Positions 19,954-29,784 of a stretch of 64,000 nucleotides of DNA are shown one piece after another. Each line of letters begins with the position of its first letter. Position 1 is the first letter of the stretch. The stretch lies in NCBI GenBank assembly GCA_937135955.1, contig CAKZOB010000065.1:9818-73817 (forward strand), given 5' to 3'. The translations under genes were made by a program, and so were the position numbers. Below the pieces are notes generated by a model, which worked only from the letters and a program-made list of their open reading frames with translations, was not told the origin of the DNA and searched no databases. The stretch is from an uncultured Anaerolineales bacterium. GTDB taxonomy: Bacteria > Chloroflexota > Anaerolineae > Aggregatilineales > Aggregatilineaceae.

Positions 19954-20086
19954 CCGGTCATGCGCATTACCGCCCGATGACCAGCACTGTTATAATTTGT
20001 TCAGAAAGTTATGAAAGACACAAACAGAATGCTCTGCAGGTGCACAGCTCAGGTTTGTGTCTTCAGCCCAATCAGCGCGAGGCAGC

Positions 20087-21034
20087 ATGACCAGCGAGAT
20101 ACCCCTCCAGGCAGTTGAAGAACTCTTGCTCAGCGTGACGCGCAGCGCCGTGCCTTTGCTCAGTGAGACGACTGCGCATATTTTGTCGGCAGGCGGCAAG
20201 CGTCTGCGTCCGCGCCTGGTGTTGCTGGCCTACGCTGCCGCGGGTGGCACCAACATAGATGAGGCTGTCCCCCTGGCCGCTGCCGTAGAGATCATTCACA
20301 CCGCCACCCTTGTGCACGACGACATCAACGATCACGGCACCCTGCGGCGCGGTCGCGAGACCGTCAATTCGCGCTGGGGCAGCACTTTCGCTCTGCTCAC
20401 CGGTGACTTCATGTTCACCAAGACCTACGAGATCATGGCTCCCCAGCCCGCCGAACTCAACCGCATCCTGGCCCGTGCGGCCACTCAGTTGGTGGAAGGG
20501 GAGACGCTGCAGATTCAGGCCGCCCGCCAGGGCACGCTCGACCGCGATACCTACTACGAAATCATCGCCAGGAAGACAGCAGCGCTCTTTGTCGCTTGCA
20601 CCGAGCTGGGAGCCACTGCCGCGGGCGCGCCGCCAGAATGGGTTGAAGCACTGAGCACCTACGCTTTCAACCTGGGATTGGCCTTTCAGATCGTAGACGA
20701 CATCCTCGACCTCATCGGCGACGAACAGACCCTGGGCAAGAATGCAGGTATGGACCTGGCCCAGGGGCGCGGGCTGGGTGCGGTGCGCGACGACAGCAAC
20801 GCCCCCGACGCCCTGCCCGCCACTGCCCTGCAGGTCACGTCGGATACAGCGGGCGGGCCTTTCAAGGAATCGCTGCTGGCTGATCACTCGTTGGAAACCG
20901 CTATCGCACTGGGACGCGCCAAAGCCCAGGAACTGGTCGAGCGCGCGTTGGCCAGCCTGGACATACTCCCCCCCTCGCCCGCCGTCGAGGAGCTGCGCCA
21001 CCTGGCCCGGCAGGTCATCAGCCGCGATCGCTGA
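20087..21034 (+). CDS. trans-Polyprenyl diphosphate synthase (chain length not determinable from sequence)
   Basis: GGKRLRPRL; first DDxxD motif (LVHDDINDHGTLRRG); second motif FQIVDDILD. ATG at 20087 with a GAGG SD. Confidence 0.88.
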   Translation: MTSEIPLQAVEELLLSVTRSAVPLLSETTAHILSAGGKRLRPRLVLLAYAAAGGTNIDEAVPLAAAVEIIHTATLVHDDINDHGTLRRGRETVNSRWGSTFALLTGDFMFTKTYEIMAPQPAELNRILARAATQLVEGETLQIQAARQGTLDRDTYYEIIARKTAALFVACTELGATAAGAPPEWVEALSTYAFNLGLAFQIVDDILDLIGDEQTLGKNAGMDLAQGRGLGAVRDDSNAPDALPATALQVTSDTAGGPFKESLLADHSLETAIALGRAKAQELVERALASLDILPPSPAVEELRHLARQVISRDR

Positions 21035-21073
21035 TGTGGCACGACCCTCCTACCGGCTTGTTTCCCCTCGCTT

Positions 21074-21273
21074 GGGCGCGTGCAAAAGTTGACAGCGGCT
21101 TTGCTGTGCCCGATGACCCTCATCCCTCAGCCCCTTCTCCGCGCTGCGGGCGAAGGGGAGCACTCGCGCGATAAATAGTCCCTTCGCCCCGCGACGCAGT
21201 CGCGAGGGAGAGGGGATTGAGGGATGAGGGGCAGCAGACTGCTGCAAATTGCCTGACACATTTTGCACGCGCA
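21074..21273. mobile_element. MITE-like repeat, full-length (200 bp), copy B
   Basis: Terminal inverted repeats GGCGCGTGCAAAAGTTGACAG / CTGACACATTTTGCACGCGCA. Perfect 10-bp direct repeat CCCCTCGCTT at 21064-21073 and 21274-21283. Two internal GC-rich hairpin modules plus the palindrome GCAGCAG-A-CTGCTGC. Confidence 0.8.
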
Positions 21274-21290
21274 CCCCTCGCTTCTGCCGG

Positions 21291-21319
21291 TTGACGCCTG
21301 CTGCCCGCCGCGTTAGACT
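21291..21319 (+). promoter_or_regulatory. Promoter for obg (possibly a leaderless transcript)
   Basis: TTGACG, 17-nt spacer, TAGACT. Only 9 nt separate the -10 box from the ATG, and there is no SD. Confidence 0.5.
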
Positions 21320-21328
21320 CCGGCTGCT

Positions 21329-22591
21329 ATGACCTTCGACGAAGCGACTATTCACGTGCGCAGCGGTGACGGCGGTGCCGGCATCGTTCATTTTCGGCGC
21401 GAGAAGTATGTGCCGCGCGGTGGCCCCAGTGGGGGCGACGGCGGCAAAGGGGGCGACGTCTATCTTGTCGTCAAACCCACTCTCAACACGCTGAGCGCCT
21501 TTTCCCACCAATCGCGCTTCCGCGCCGAGAATGGCGCGCCCGGCGGCCCTCACAACAAGACGGGCCGCAATGGGGCGGACCTCTTCATTGAAGTGCCGCC
21601 CGGCACCATCGTGCGCGACGCGGACACGGGCGAAGTGCTGGCCGACCTGACCAGGCCGGGGCAGCGCGTCTTGGTGGCGCGCGGCGGGCGCGGTGGGCGC
21701 GGCAACGCCCGCTTCGCCACCAGCACCAATCAGGCTCCGCGCATCGCCGAGAAAGGCGAACCGGGCGAGGAACGCACCTTGCATCTGGAACTGAAACTCA
21801 TCGCCGATGTGGGCATTGTGGGCGTGCCCAATGCGGGCAAGTCCACCTTGCTTTCGGTCATCAGCAACGCCAAACCCAAGATCGCCGACTATCCCTTCAC
21901 CACTCTTCAGCCCAACCTGGGAGTCGTCGTATTGGATGACCGCGATCTGGTCTTCGCCGACATCCCTGGCCTGATCGAAGGGGCACACAGCGGCGCAGGG
22001 CTGGGCCACGACTTTCTACGCCACATTCAGCGCACGCGCGTGCTGGTGCATTTGCTCGATGGCGCTGCGCCCGACCCCATCGCTGACTTTCATCAGATCA
22101 ACACAGAACTGGCCCTCTTCGACGATGCGCTCGCCAGTAAACCGCAAATCGTGGTGCTCAACAAGCTCGACCTGCCCGAAGCGCAGGCCCTCTGGCCGAA
22201 GGTGCACGCCGAATTGACCTGCCTTGGTTACGAAGCCCTGGCCATCTCCGCCGCCACCGGGCAGAACGTGCGCGCTGTGATCTACCGTGCGGCCCAACTG
22301 CTCGACAGCCTGCCCGCCGAAGCGCCCGAAGTAGCCGAGCGCCCTGTCTTCCAGCTCGAAGACGATCCGCTCGCTTTCACCGTCACCGTGTTAGGTGACG
22401 GCGAATTTCGCGTATCGGGCAAGCGCATCGAGCGCGCCGTCGCCATGACCTACTGGGATTACGATCAGGCGGTCGCGCGTTTCCAGCGCATCCTGGCATC
22501 CATGGGCATCACTGCCGCGCTAGAGCAGGCCGGCATCAAACCTGGCGACACCGTCTACATTGGCGACATGGAACTGGAATGGGGCGAATAG
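21329..22591 (+). CDS. obg: GTPase Obg/CgtA
   Basis: Gly-rich Obg fold ([18 protein letters not shown]); G1 motif GVPNAGKST; DIPGLIEGA; NKLD. Confidence 0.95.
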   Translation: MTFDEATIHVRSGDGGAGIVHFRREKYVPRGGPSGGDGGKGGDVYLVVKPTLNTLSAFSHQSRFRAENGAPGGPHNKTGRNGADLFIEVPPGTIVRDADTGEVLADLTRPGQRVLVARGGRGGRGNARFATSTNQAPRIAEKGEPGEERTLHLELKLIADVGIVGVPNAGKSTLLSVISNAKPKIADYPFTTLQPNLGVVVLDDRDLVFADIPGLIEGAHSGAGLGHDFLRHIQRTRVLVHLLDGAAPDPIADFHQINTELALFDDALASKPQIVVLNKLDLPEAQALWPKVHAELTCLGYEALAISAATGQNVRAVIYRAAQLLDSLPAEAPEVAERPVFQLEDDPLAFTVTVLGDGEFRVSGKRIERAVAMTYWDYDQAVARFQRILASMGITAALEQAGIKPGDTVYIGDMELEWGE

Positions 22592-22643
22592 CCCGGCTAT
22601 GGGCTATGATGTCCAGCGTTGCCCCTGCTCGCAGGAGGGAGTC

Positions 22644-23438
22644 ATGATCGGTCGTGCTTGCGTTGCGCTAGGCGTCGCGTTCTTGCTGACCCTGCTGCTG
22701 CCCGCTTGCAACGACTCGCCTCCACGCGGCTTGGTTCTGGAGGAAGAAGAAGAGACGGAGCTTCTTAGCGTGCGCATTGATGCGCAGGGGAACATTTCTT
22801 TTCGCGTCCCCTCCGACGCGAAAATGCCGGAATTGCTGGGCACAGGCGAGCCGGACGACGCCTTCAACCCCACGTCGTATTATGGCGTCTCCAATACATT
22901 GACCATCCGCATCAACGGGCGCGACCTGTTCTTCAATCTGCATGGTACACTGTTCCGGTTGGAATACCGCTCGCTGGCCTATCACACTACCAATCTCATC
23001 CAGTATGGCAAAGACCTGATCTTGGTGGTCGAGCCAGGCCTGCGCACGTCAGATACGGTCACGTTGCTGCCGATCAACGAGCGCCTCAAGACCGAAGCTG
23101 TCTGGGTCACTCTGGAATACGTGGAACTGGACGGACAGACCGTCCGTGTCTTCTTTGACGTAGCCCGCGCCCCGGACTCTACTGCGCCGCCTGTCACCTT
23201 CACTCCCAACCAGAGCTGCCTGCATGAGACCCAGAGCGGTCTGCTCTCCATCGGCGAGGCCGAGAGCTACGAGTATATGCCGTCGGCGGTCACCCTGTCG
23301 GTCAACGAGCCGGGTGAGCATCTGCACGGCTACGTCGAATACCCGCGCCGCCTGCTACGCCCAGACTATCGCTACGAATTCCGCTACGAGTGCGCAGACG
23401 CCTATACCTTCGAGTTGCCTTTCAAAGTCGAGCAATAG
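22644..23438 (+). CDS. Hypothetical lipoprotein
   Basis: ATG at 22644 after AGGAGGGA. Lipobox LLLPAC. No recognisable domain. Confidence 0.55.
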   Translation: MIGRACVALGVAFLLTLLLPACNDSPPRGLVLEEEEETELLSVRIDAQGNISFRVPSDAKMPELLGTGEPDDAFNPTSYYGVSNTLTIRINGRDLFFNLHGTLFRLEYRSLAYHTTNLIQYGKDLILVVEPGLRTSDTVTLLPINERLKTEAVWVTLEYVELDGQTVRVFFDVARAPDSTAPPVTFTPNQSCLHETQSGLLSIGEAESYEYMPSAVTLSVNEPGEHLHGYVEYPRRLLRPDYRYEFRYECADAYTFELPFKVEQ

Positions 23439-23444
23439 CGAGGG

Positions 23445-24074
23445 ATGATGCCAGACCCTATGCGCGCATCCGCCGAGCGCCTGGGAGTCTTCGGCGGCAC
23501 GTTCGACCCACCCCACCTCGGCCACCTGATCCTGGCCGAGACCGCCGCCGATTGCCTGGGCCTGAGCCGGGTCTTGTTCGTCCCCGCCGCCGATCCGCCG
23601 CACAAACGCCCGCCGATCATCCGCGCCGCCGCCGGTCACCGCCTGGCCATGACCGAACTGGCCATCGCGGATAACCCGCGCTTTGCCCTCTCACGCGCTG
23701 ATATAGACCGGCCCGGCCCGCACTATACTGTGGACATGCTACGCCTGCTCCAACAACAATACCCTGCCGCAGCTATGTTCCTGCTGCTTGGTGGCGATTC
23801 GCTGCGCGACCTCCCCACCTGGTCGCGCCCCACAGAATTGATCGCGCTGGCATCCCTGGCCGTTATGCGGCGACCCGGCATCAAGCCAGACCTGAACGCG
23901 CTGGAGCACGCCATACCAGGTCTCCGCGCGCGTCTGCACTGGATTCCGGCCCCGCCAATTGATCTGTCTTCCTCGACCATCGCCGATCTCATCGCCGCGG
24001 GACGCAGCGTCCGCTACCTGGTGCCCGATCGCGTCCTGGATTACATCCTGACACATAGGCTTTACAGGGAATAG
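23445..24074 (+). CDS. nadD: Nicotinate-nucleotide adenylyltransferase
   Basis: GVFGGTFDPPHLGHL, plus an SSTxxR-like segment (SSSTIADLIAAGRSVRYLVP). Confidence 0.9.
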   Translation: MMPDPMRASAERLGVFGGTFDPPHLGHLILAETAADCLGLSRVLFVPAADPPHKRPPIIRAAAGHRLAMTELAIADNPRFALSRADIDRPGPHYTVDMLRLLQQQYPAAAMFLLLGGDSLRDLPTWSRPTELIALASLAVMRRPGIKPDLNALEHAIPGLRARLHWIPAPPIDLSSSTIADLIAAGRSVRYLVPDRVLDYILTHRLYRE

Positions 24075-24076
24075 CC

Positions 24077-25921
24077 ATGCTACACAGAATATCTACCAGC
24101 CAACAAATCGTGCGGCTTCAATTGCCTATCGCTCTTATCCTGTCGCTGATCCTGCTCATCTCTCTGGTGCCTTTACCAGTTGCCGCCCAGGAGGTTTCGC
24201 CCAGTCCCGTCCCGACCGACACGCCGGAACCGCCCACGGCCACTCCCTTGCCGCCGCCTACGTTCACCCTGCCCGCGCCGACCCTGGTACCGCCTACCCC
24301 TCTGCCCACCGTCACCCCTACCCCCCTCACGGTTGCCGCCGAGTCTGGACTGGCAAACGTTCAGCGCGACGGCGTACTGCGCGTAGGGACGTACTTCAAC
24401 GCCTATCCCTTCGCTTGGCTCAACGAACAGGGCCAGGTGGCAGGCTACGAGATTGACGTGCTCAATGCCATCGCCATCGAGTTGGGCGTCGGGCTGGAAT
24501 TCGTGCAGGTTACCCATCACAACGCGCGCGACACGCTGCTCAGCGGCCTGGTAGATGTGCTGGCCGGTCAGCAGTTCCACACCCGTGATGGCGAAACCTG
24601 GTTCGATTTCACCCATCCCTACTATCTCAATACCGAGCGGATGGTCGTGCTGACCGAAGCGCCCTACGTCACCCTGCAAGACCTGGCCGGTCAGCCCGTC
24701 GGCGTGACCATCGGCAGCCGCAGCGAACACGCCCTGCGCCTGTGGAGCGAGCAGCACGGCGTGACGTTCGACATCCGCTTCTACTTCAGCGAGAGCGCCG
24801 CGCTCGACGCGCTGGCCGCTGGCGAGGTACAGGGCATGGTCGGCACACTCGACAGTCTGCGCCGCGCTGGTCGCCAGGGCATGCGCCTGATTGACGAACC
24901 GGTGCTGGAAGAATATCATGCCATGGTCGTGCGCCGTCACGATGTCAACCTGCGCGACGTGCTCAACCGCTCGCTGCAACGCCTGAAGGCCAGCGGTCGG
25001 CTAGACGAAATCTTCAGCGCCTGGTTCGCCGAAGACCCGGTCAACTTCGATGTCCTGGTGCCCGTCTACGAGCGCCTCTATGAAGACGAACGCGCCCTGG
25101 CCGACTTCCCCGCCGACATGCCCATCCCTGCTGTTTCCGTGCAAACGCGCATCGCGCAAGGGCAGCCGGTGCGCGTGACGGGCATCGTCCCCGCCGGGCA
25201 GGAAACGTCCGCCTACTGGGCCCTCATGAACGACTTCAACCGGGCGCTGGTCGAGGAAATGGCGCGGCGCTGGGGAGCTACCGTCGAATACCTGCCCAAT
25301 CCACCTGAGAACGCGGCGGCGCTGGTTGCCGGAGGACAGGCCGACCTGGCTGTGGGAGTCAGTCCCGCCTGGGATGCCACCTTGCGGCTGGAGTACTCGC
25401 TGCCCTACCTGACCCATGGCGACCGCCTGATGGTCCCCCAGGGATCGCAGATCACCACTGGTTTCGCCGACCTGCTGGGTACTGGCTGGTGGATCGGCTA
25501 CTTCGCCGACAAGCCGGGCGACGCCGACCTCATCCGCAAGTACGCCGAGATGTTCAACGTCAGCCGTAATATCAACGATCCCTTTGCCATCAACCGCGAA
25601 GCCGACGCCATCAACACCCTGACCGTCGCGCGCAACGTAGATGCCATCTTCGGCGACAGCCTGCGTCTGAACGGATTACTGCGCCAGGCCGGCGACAGCG
25701 CGGGAGTCAAGATTCTGCCCACCGAATACGGCGATGACCGCCCCATCACCTTCGCTACGCCCTATGGCGACGCCGATTTTCGCAACCTGATCGACTCCAC
25801 GCTGCAAGACATGGCCCGCGACGGCACGTATCAGACGTTGTGGCAGACTTACTTCGGCCTGGGCGACCCGCTGCCGATCCTCTACTTCGCCCCCATCAAT
25901 CCCGATCTGCCCGCCGAATGA
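24077..25921 (+). CDS. Secreted tandem family-3 solute-binding protein (two PBPb-like domains) with a PT-rich linker
   Basis: Signal/TM segment, a Pro/Thr-rich region, then two SBP_bac_3-like halves (LRVGTYFNAYPFAW...; VRVTGIVPAG...). Confidence 0.7.
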   Translation: MLHRISTSQQIVRLQLPIALILSLILLISLVPLPVAAQEVSPSPVPTDTPEPPTATPLPPPTFTLPAPTLVPPTPLPTVTPTPLTVAAESGLANVQRDGVLRVGTYFNAYPFAWLNEQGQVAGYEIDVLNAIAIELGVGLEFVQVTHHNARDTLLSGLVDVLAGQQFHTRDGETWFDFTHPYYLNTERMVVLTEAPYVTLQDLAGQPVGVTIGSRSEHALRLWSEQHGVTFDIRFYFSESAALDALAAGEVQGMVGTLDSLRRAGRQGMRLIDEPVLEEYHAMVVRRHDVNLRDVLNRSLQRLKASGRLDEIFSAWFAEDPVNFDVLVPVYERLYEDERALADFPADMPIPAVSVQTRIAQGQPVRVTGIVPAGQETSAYWALMNDFNRALVEEMARRWGATVEYLPNPPENAAALVAGGQADLAVGVSPAWDATLRLEYSLPYLTHGDRLMVPQGSQITTGFADLLGTGWWIGYFADKPGDADLIRKYAEMFNVSRNINDPFAINREADAINTLTVARNVDAIFGDSLRLNGLLRQAGDSAGVKILPTEYGDDRPITFATPYGDADFRNLIDSTLQDMARDGTYQTLWQTYFGLGDPLPILYFAPINPDLPAE

Positions 25922-25927
25922 CTGCAC

Positions 25928-25976
25928 GAGCCTGGCGACGACTCGCCCTTTCGAGCGTGAAGTTGTCGCCAGGCTC
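25928..25976. terminator. Long hairpin between convergent genes
   Basis: GAGCCTGGCGAC / GTCGCCAGGCTC perfect 12-bp stem with a 25-nt loop. Confidence 0.45.
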
Positions 25977-26009
25977 GCCGCTACAGACAGAAAACGTCAT
26001 GTTCAGCGA

Positions 26010-28586
26010 TCAAGCGTCGCCGTAGTCAACCGACCAGTCCAGATGCAGGAAGCGAGCGAAAAGCTGCGCCCGCCAGACGTAGCGCAGCACCAGCAGCCAG
26101 GCAACGGTTATGCCAACCACAACCGCCCAGTCCTGAGCTTCGAGCGGCAGCAGTTCGAACAACCGTCGCAGCGGCTCATAGGCCATGATCACCGCGAACA
26201 GACCGCCTAGCCCCAGGGCCAGCAACGTCGGTCGTGCATCGCCGCTGTAGCGATCCCCACCCGCCAGCCAGGGCAACGGCGGCTCGACGAACATCACCAG
26301 GGCCAGCCCCACCAGCACCGAGAATACCGTCAGCACCGACTGAGAGAACAGCACGGCCACTTCGTAGCGAAATTGATCCGGCGTGTAGATTTCGTAGTCA
26401 ATGCCCGCGTAGACCTGGAACGAGGCCACATCTTCGCGCAGCACAGGGATTGTCCGCCCCTCGTTGACGATGCTGTTGAAGACGTACACATAGAGCAAGA
26501 AAGCGAACAGGAAGGTGACGATCCCCGCTGGAAAGGCGAAATGCAACACCGAGCGCAAGAGAGATTGCCGCGATCGCTCTGGCCGCGCCCACAGGGCGAT
26601 GGCAAAGGTCGGGACGCCGATGGTGAGCAGCGCCACCAGCGTGATATGTTTGGGCACATAGGGGAAGCCGACACCCACCACCGAAGTTGAGAGAATCATC
26701 AAGACCAGCGTGACAGCGCGCGCCAGATACAGCCGCAGGATGTCGCGCATCCCGCTGACGATGCGCTGCCCTTCCAGCAGCGCCTGCGGCAGCGCAGCGA
26801 ATGAATCGCCCAGCAGCACCATGTCGGCCACGCTGCGGGTCGCGCCGCTGCCGCTCTCCATGGCAATGCCCAGATCGGCCCGCTTCAACGACAGCACATC
26901 GTTGACGCCATCGCCGATCATCGCCACGTAGTGCCCCTGGCTCCGCAGCGCCTTGACCAGCCGCTCTTTTTGCAGCGGCGTGATACGCCCGAAGATGCTC
27001 GCTTCTTCTGCCACCCGCGCCAGCTCTGCGTCGCTCAGGTCTTCCAGTTCCGTCCCAGAGACCACCCCATCAGTGGCCAACCCCACCTGCCGGGCCAGCG
27101 CCGCGACTGTATGCGGGTTGTCACCGGAGATGATCTTCAGCGCGACCCCTGCGCGGGTGAACTGCGCCAGCGTCTCGCGGGCATCGGGGCGCAGCTCGTC
27201 GCGGAAGGCTATCAGCCCCAGCGGTTGCAGCGAGGGCAACACTGGCTGCCCCTGGCTGTCGTGCAGGTAGATCACAGCGGGGTTATAGGCGAAGAGCACC
27301 ACCCGCAGCCCGGCCTCGATCCACGGGGTGACGTCGGGCAGCGCCTCCAGGGCAACGTCGAGGTACGGCGCGAGCATCTCCGGCGCGCCGAGCACATAGG
27401 TCCCGCTACGCCGCTCGTCGCTGAAGACGAGCGCACTCCACTTGCGCGCCGACGAGAAGGTCACCTCGTCCAGGACGCGCAGCTTTTCGCCCGGCAACGC
27501 TGTCAGCAGGGCCTCAGTCGTTTTGGTGGTGGTACTGGCGTTGCAGGCGAAATCGCCCAGCGCCCGCTCCAGGGCTTCGCGCGTCCATTCCACCGTCAGC
27601 ACGTCGTGATAGGCGATCTTGTTGGCGGTGAGCGTGCCCGTTTTGTCCATGCACAGCACATCCACGTTGCTGAGCGACTCGACCGAATTGGCCTGCTGCA
27701 CCAGCGCCCCCCGCGCTACCATGCGCACGGCCCCCATCGCATAGGCCACGATCACCATGAAGAACAACCCGTTGGGCACCAGCCCGGCGATCACCGCCGC
27801 CGTCTGCACCCGCCGCATCAGGGGAATCTCGGAGAGCAGCGAGGAAATGAACAGCAGAAGGCCGAAGAACATGGCAACCAGCATCAGCATGCGGATGACG
27901 AAGTCCACGTCGCGTTGTAGCGGCGTCTTGACTACGCGAAAGGTGCGCGCTTCTGCCGCTACCTTGTTGGCGAAACTCCTGGCTCCCACGCGCCGTATCA
28001 CATACAGGGCCGTGCCGGACACCACAAAACTGCCGGATAGCAGCGAATCGCCTGCCTGCTTGGGGATATGGTCAGACTCGCCTGTCAGCAGCGACTCGTC
28101 CACTTCGATCTGCCCGCTGCCCACAACGATGCCATCCGCCACGATCTGATCGCCCGCGTGCACAACCACCACATCCCCGCGCACCAGCTCCGCCGGATCA
28201 ATGGTGCGCTCCTGTCCCTCGCGGATGACGGTGACTTTGGGGCGGGTGAGCAAGGCGATCCGGTCGAGCTTGCGCTTGGCGCGTACCTCCTGGATGACGC
28301 CAACGATAATGTTCATCAGGATCAGGCTGACGCTGGCCAGCGCCTCGTCCGGACGCCCGATCGCTACCATCACCGCGCCGATGCTGAACAGCACCAGGTT
28401 GATCAGCGTCAGCACATTCTGCCGCAGAATATCCGCCAGCGAGCGGCTGGTGGGCAACTGAAAGTCGTTGCCTTCGCCTCGCGCCCGCCGTGTCCGGACT
28501 TCCAGCTCGTCCAGGCCGGTGATCTGGCTCATCTCGTTGAGCCGCTGCACTGTCGTGGCCATCGAACCATGCCCTGAGGACAACAC
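26010..28586 (-). CDS. Cation-translocating P-type ATPase (HAD superfamily), specificity unknown
   Basis: DKTGTLT phosphorylation motif, TGES, GDGVNDV, about 10 TM segments. GTG start preceded by GAGGAGG. Confidence 0.88.
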   Translation of the reverse strand: MLSSGHGSMATTVQRLNEMSQITGLDELEVRTRRARGEGNDFQLPTSRSLADILRQNVLTLINLVLFSIGAVMVAIGRPDEALASVSLILMNIIVGVIQEVRAKRKLDRIALLTRPKVTVIREGQERTIDPAELVRGDVVVVHAGDQIVADGIVVGSGQIEVDESLLTGESDHIPKQAGDSLLSGSFVVSGTALYVIRRVGARSFANKVAAEARTFRVVKTPLQRDVDFVIRMLMLVAMFFGLLLFISSLLSEIPLMRRVQTAAVIAGLVPNGLFFMVIVAYAMGAVRMVARGALVQQANSVESLSNVDVLCMDKTGTLTANKIAYHDVLTVEWTREALERALGDFACNASTTTKTTEALLTALPGEKLRVLDEVTFSSARKWSALVFSDERRSGTYVLGAPEMLAPYLDVALEALPDVTPWIEAGLRVVLFAYNPAVIYLHDSQGQPVLPSLQPLGLIAFRDELRPDARETLAQFTRAGVALKIISGDNPHTVAALARQVGLATDGVVSGTELEDLSDAELARVAEEASIFGRITPLQKERLVKALRSQGHYVAMIGDGVNDVLSLKRADLGIAMESGSGATRSVADMVLLGDSFAALPQALLEGQRIVSGMRDILRLYLARAVTLVLMILSTSVVGVGFPYVPKHITLVALLTIGVPTFAIALWARPERSRQSLLRSVLHFAFPAGIVTFLFAFLLYVYVFNSIVNEGRTIPVLREDVASFQVYAGIDYEIYTPDQFRYEVAVLFSQSVLTVFSVLVGLALVMFVEPPLPWLAGGDRYSGDARPTLLALGLGGLFAVIMAYEPLRRLFELLPLEAQDWAVVVGITVAWLLVLRYVWRAQLFARFLHLDWSVDYGDA

Positions 28587-28611
28587 CGGATGCCTCCTCG
28601 TCTTTCCCTGC

Positions 28612-29550
28612 TCAGTACGGACGTTGCCACAGAAAGCGCAACAACTCGCGGAAGTAATGGCGCTGCGGCATGTAGGTCAGCAAGGTATCTTCGAAGCGAA
28701 CCGGTCGCACGCCGCAATAATCATAGAGATTCCCCAGCTTCGCCGTGCGGTTACCGGCCAGGATGTCCAGCCACTGCGAGGTCATCGGCCAGCGTCGCAC
28801 CACCCGCTTGACCCAGCGGTTGAGCGACCGCAACAGGTAGGGCGGCACCGGCACGATGATCCGGTGGGCTCCCGTCACCCGCATCACAGTGCGCACCATC
28901 TCGTTGTAGGTCAGGTACTCCGCCCCTCCTACCTCGATGGTAGTATCTACCAGGTCTATCCGCTCCAGGCTGTTGACCAGCGCCGCCGCCAGGTCTTCGA
29001 CGTAGAGCGGATGCAGCAGGCTCTCGCCTCGGCCCGGCTGCAGAAAGAAGACGGGATTCGAGCGCAGCAGCATGGCGATTCCATTCACGAAGCGGTCTTC
29101 CGGGCCGAAGATCACACCGGAACGCACGATGGTATAGGCGATGCCGCTGTTGCGCACCAGCGTTTCGACCTGCCCTTTGACGCGCAGCAGATCGTAGGCC
29201 GACGCCGGTTCAGCCCCCAACTGACTCAGGGTAAACAGTCGCCCAATGCGCGCTGCGCGTGTCGCCGCGATGATGTGCTGTGTGCCTTCGATGTCCACCC
29301 GTTCCAGGTCGCGGCGCGACCCCCACCACTGCGCGCTGACCAGGTGAAAAACCGTGTGCACACCCTGCATGGCCTTGTAGAGCGCCTGCGCATCGTCCAG
29401 TTGCCCGGCCACCACGTCCACCCCCTCAGGCCAGGCCGGAAGGCGTCCCCGCCTGGGCTGTATGTAGACTCGAACAGGGTAACCGGCCTGGCACAGGCGC
29501 GGCACCAAGTGCCGCCCCACCAGCCCCGTAGCTCCAGTGACTAGAATCAT
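28612..29550 (-). CDS. NAD(P)-binding NmrA/NDUFA9-like SDR-family protein
   Basis: MILVTGATGLVGRHL Rossmann motif; 312 aa. Confidence 0.7.
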   Translation of the reverse strand: MILVTGATGLVGRHLVPRLCQAGYPVRVYIQPRRGRLPAWPEGVDVVAGQLDDAQALYKAMQGVHTVFHLVSAQWWGSRRDLERVDIEGTQHIIAATRAARIGRLFTLSQLGAEPASAYDLLRVKGQVETLVRNSGIAYTIVRSGVIFGPEDRFVNGIAMLLRSNPVFFLQPGRGESLLHPLYVEDLAAALVNSLERIDLVDTTIEVGGAEYLTYNEMVRTVMRVTGAHRIIVPVPPYLLRSLNRWVKRVVRRWPMTSQWLDILAGNRTAKLGNLYDYCGVRPVRFEDTLLTYMPQRHYFRELLRFLWQRPY

Positions 29551-29784
29551 GGCGCTGCCTCCGCCGCGCGATTATATACGACCCTTCCCGCCTGCCAAGT
29601 AGGGTGTCCGCTGCCCCTTGCAACCATTTCGTCCCGGCAGGGTTATAGTCCATGCACACATCGAGCCGCTCAATCTGCGGTATAATTGATGTCCTACCCC
29701 CGCCTGAACCAGAGGGCGGGGCCGGAAAACCTGGGCGCTGTAGTTGGTCGGGGCAGCGCCAGCCTGACAGTGGAGGAAGAACCT

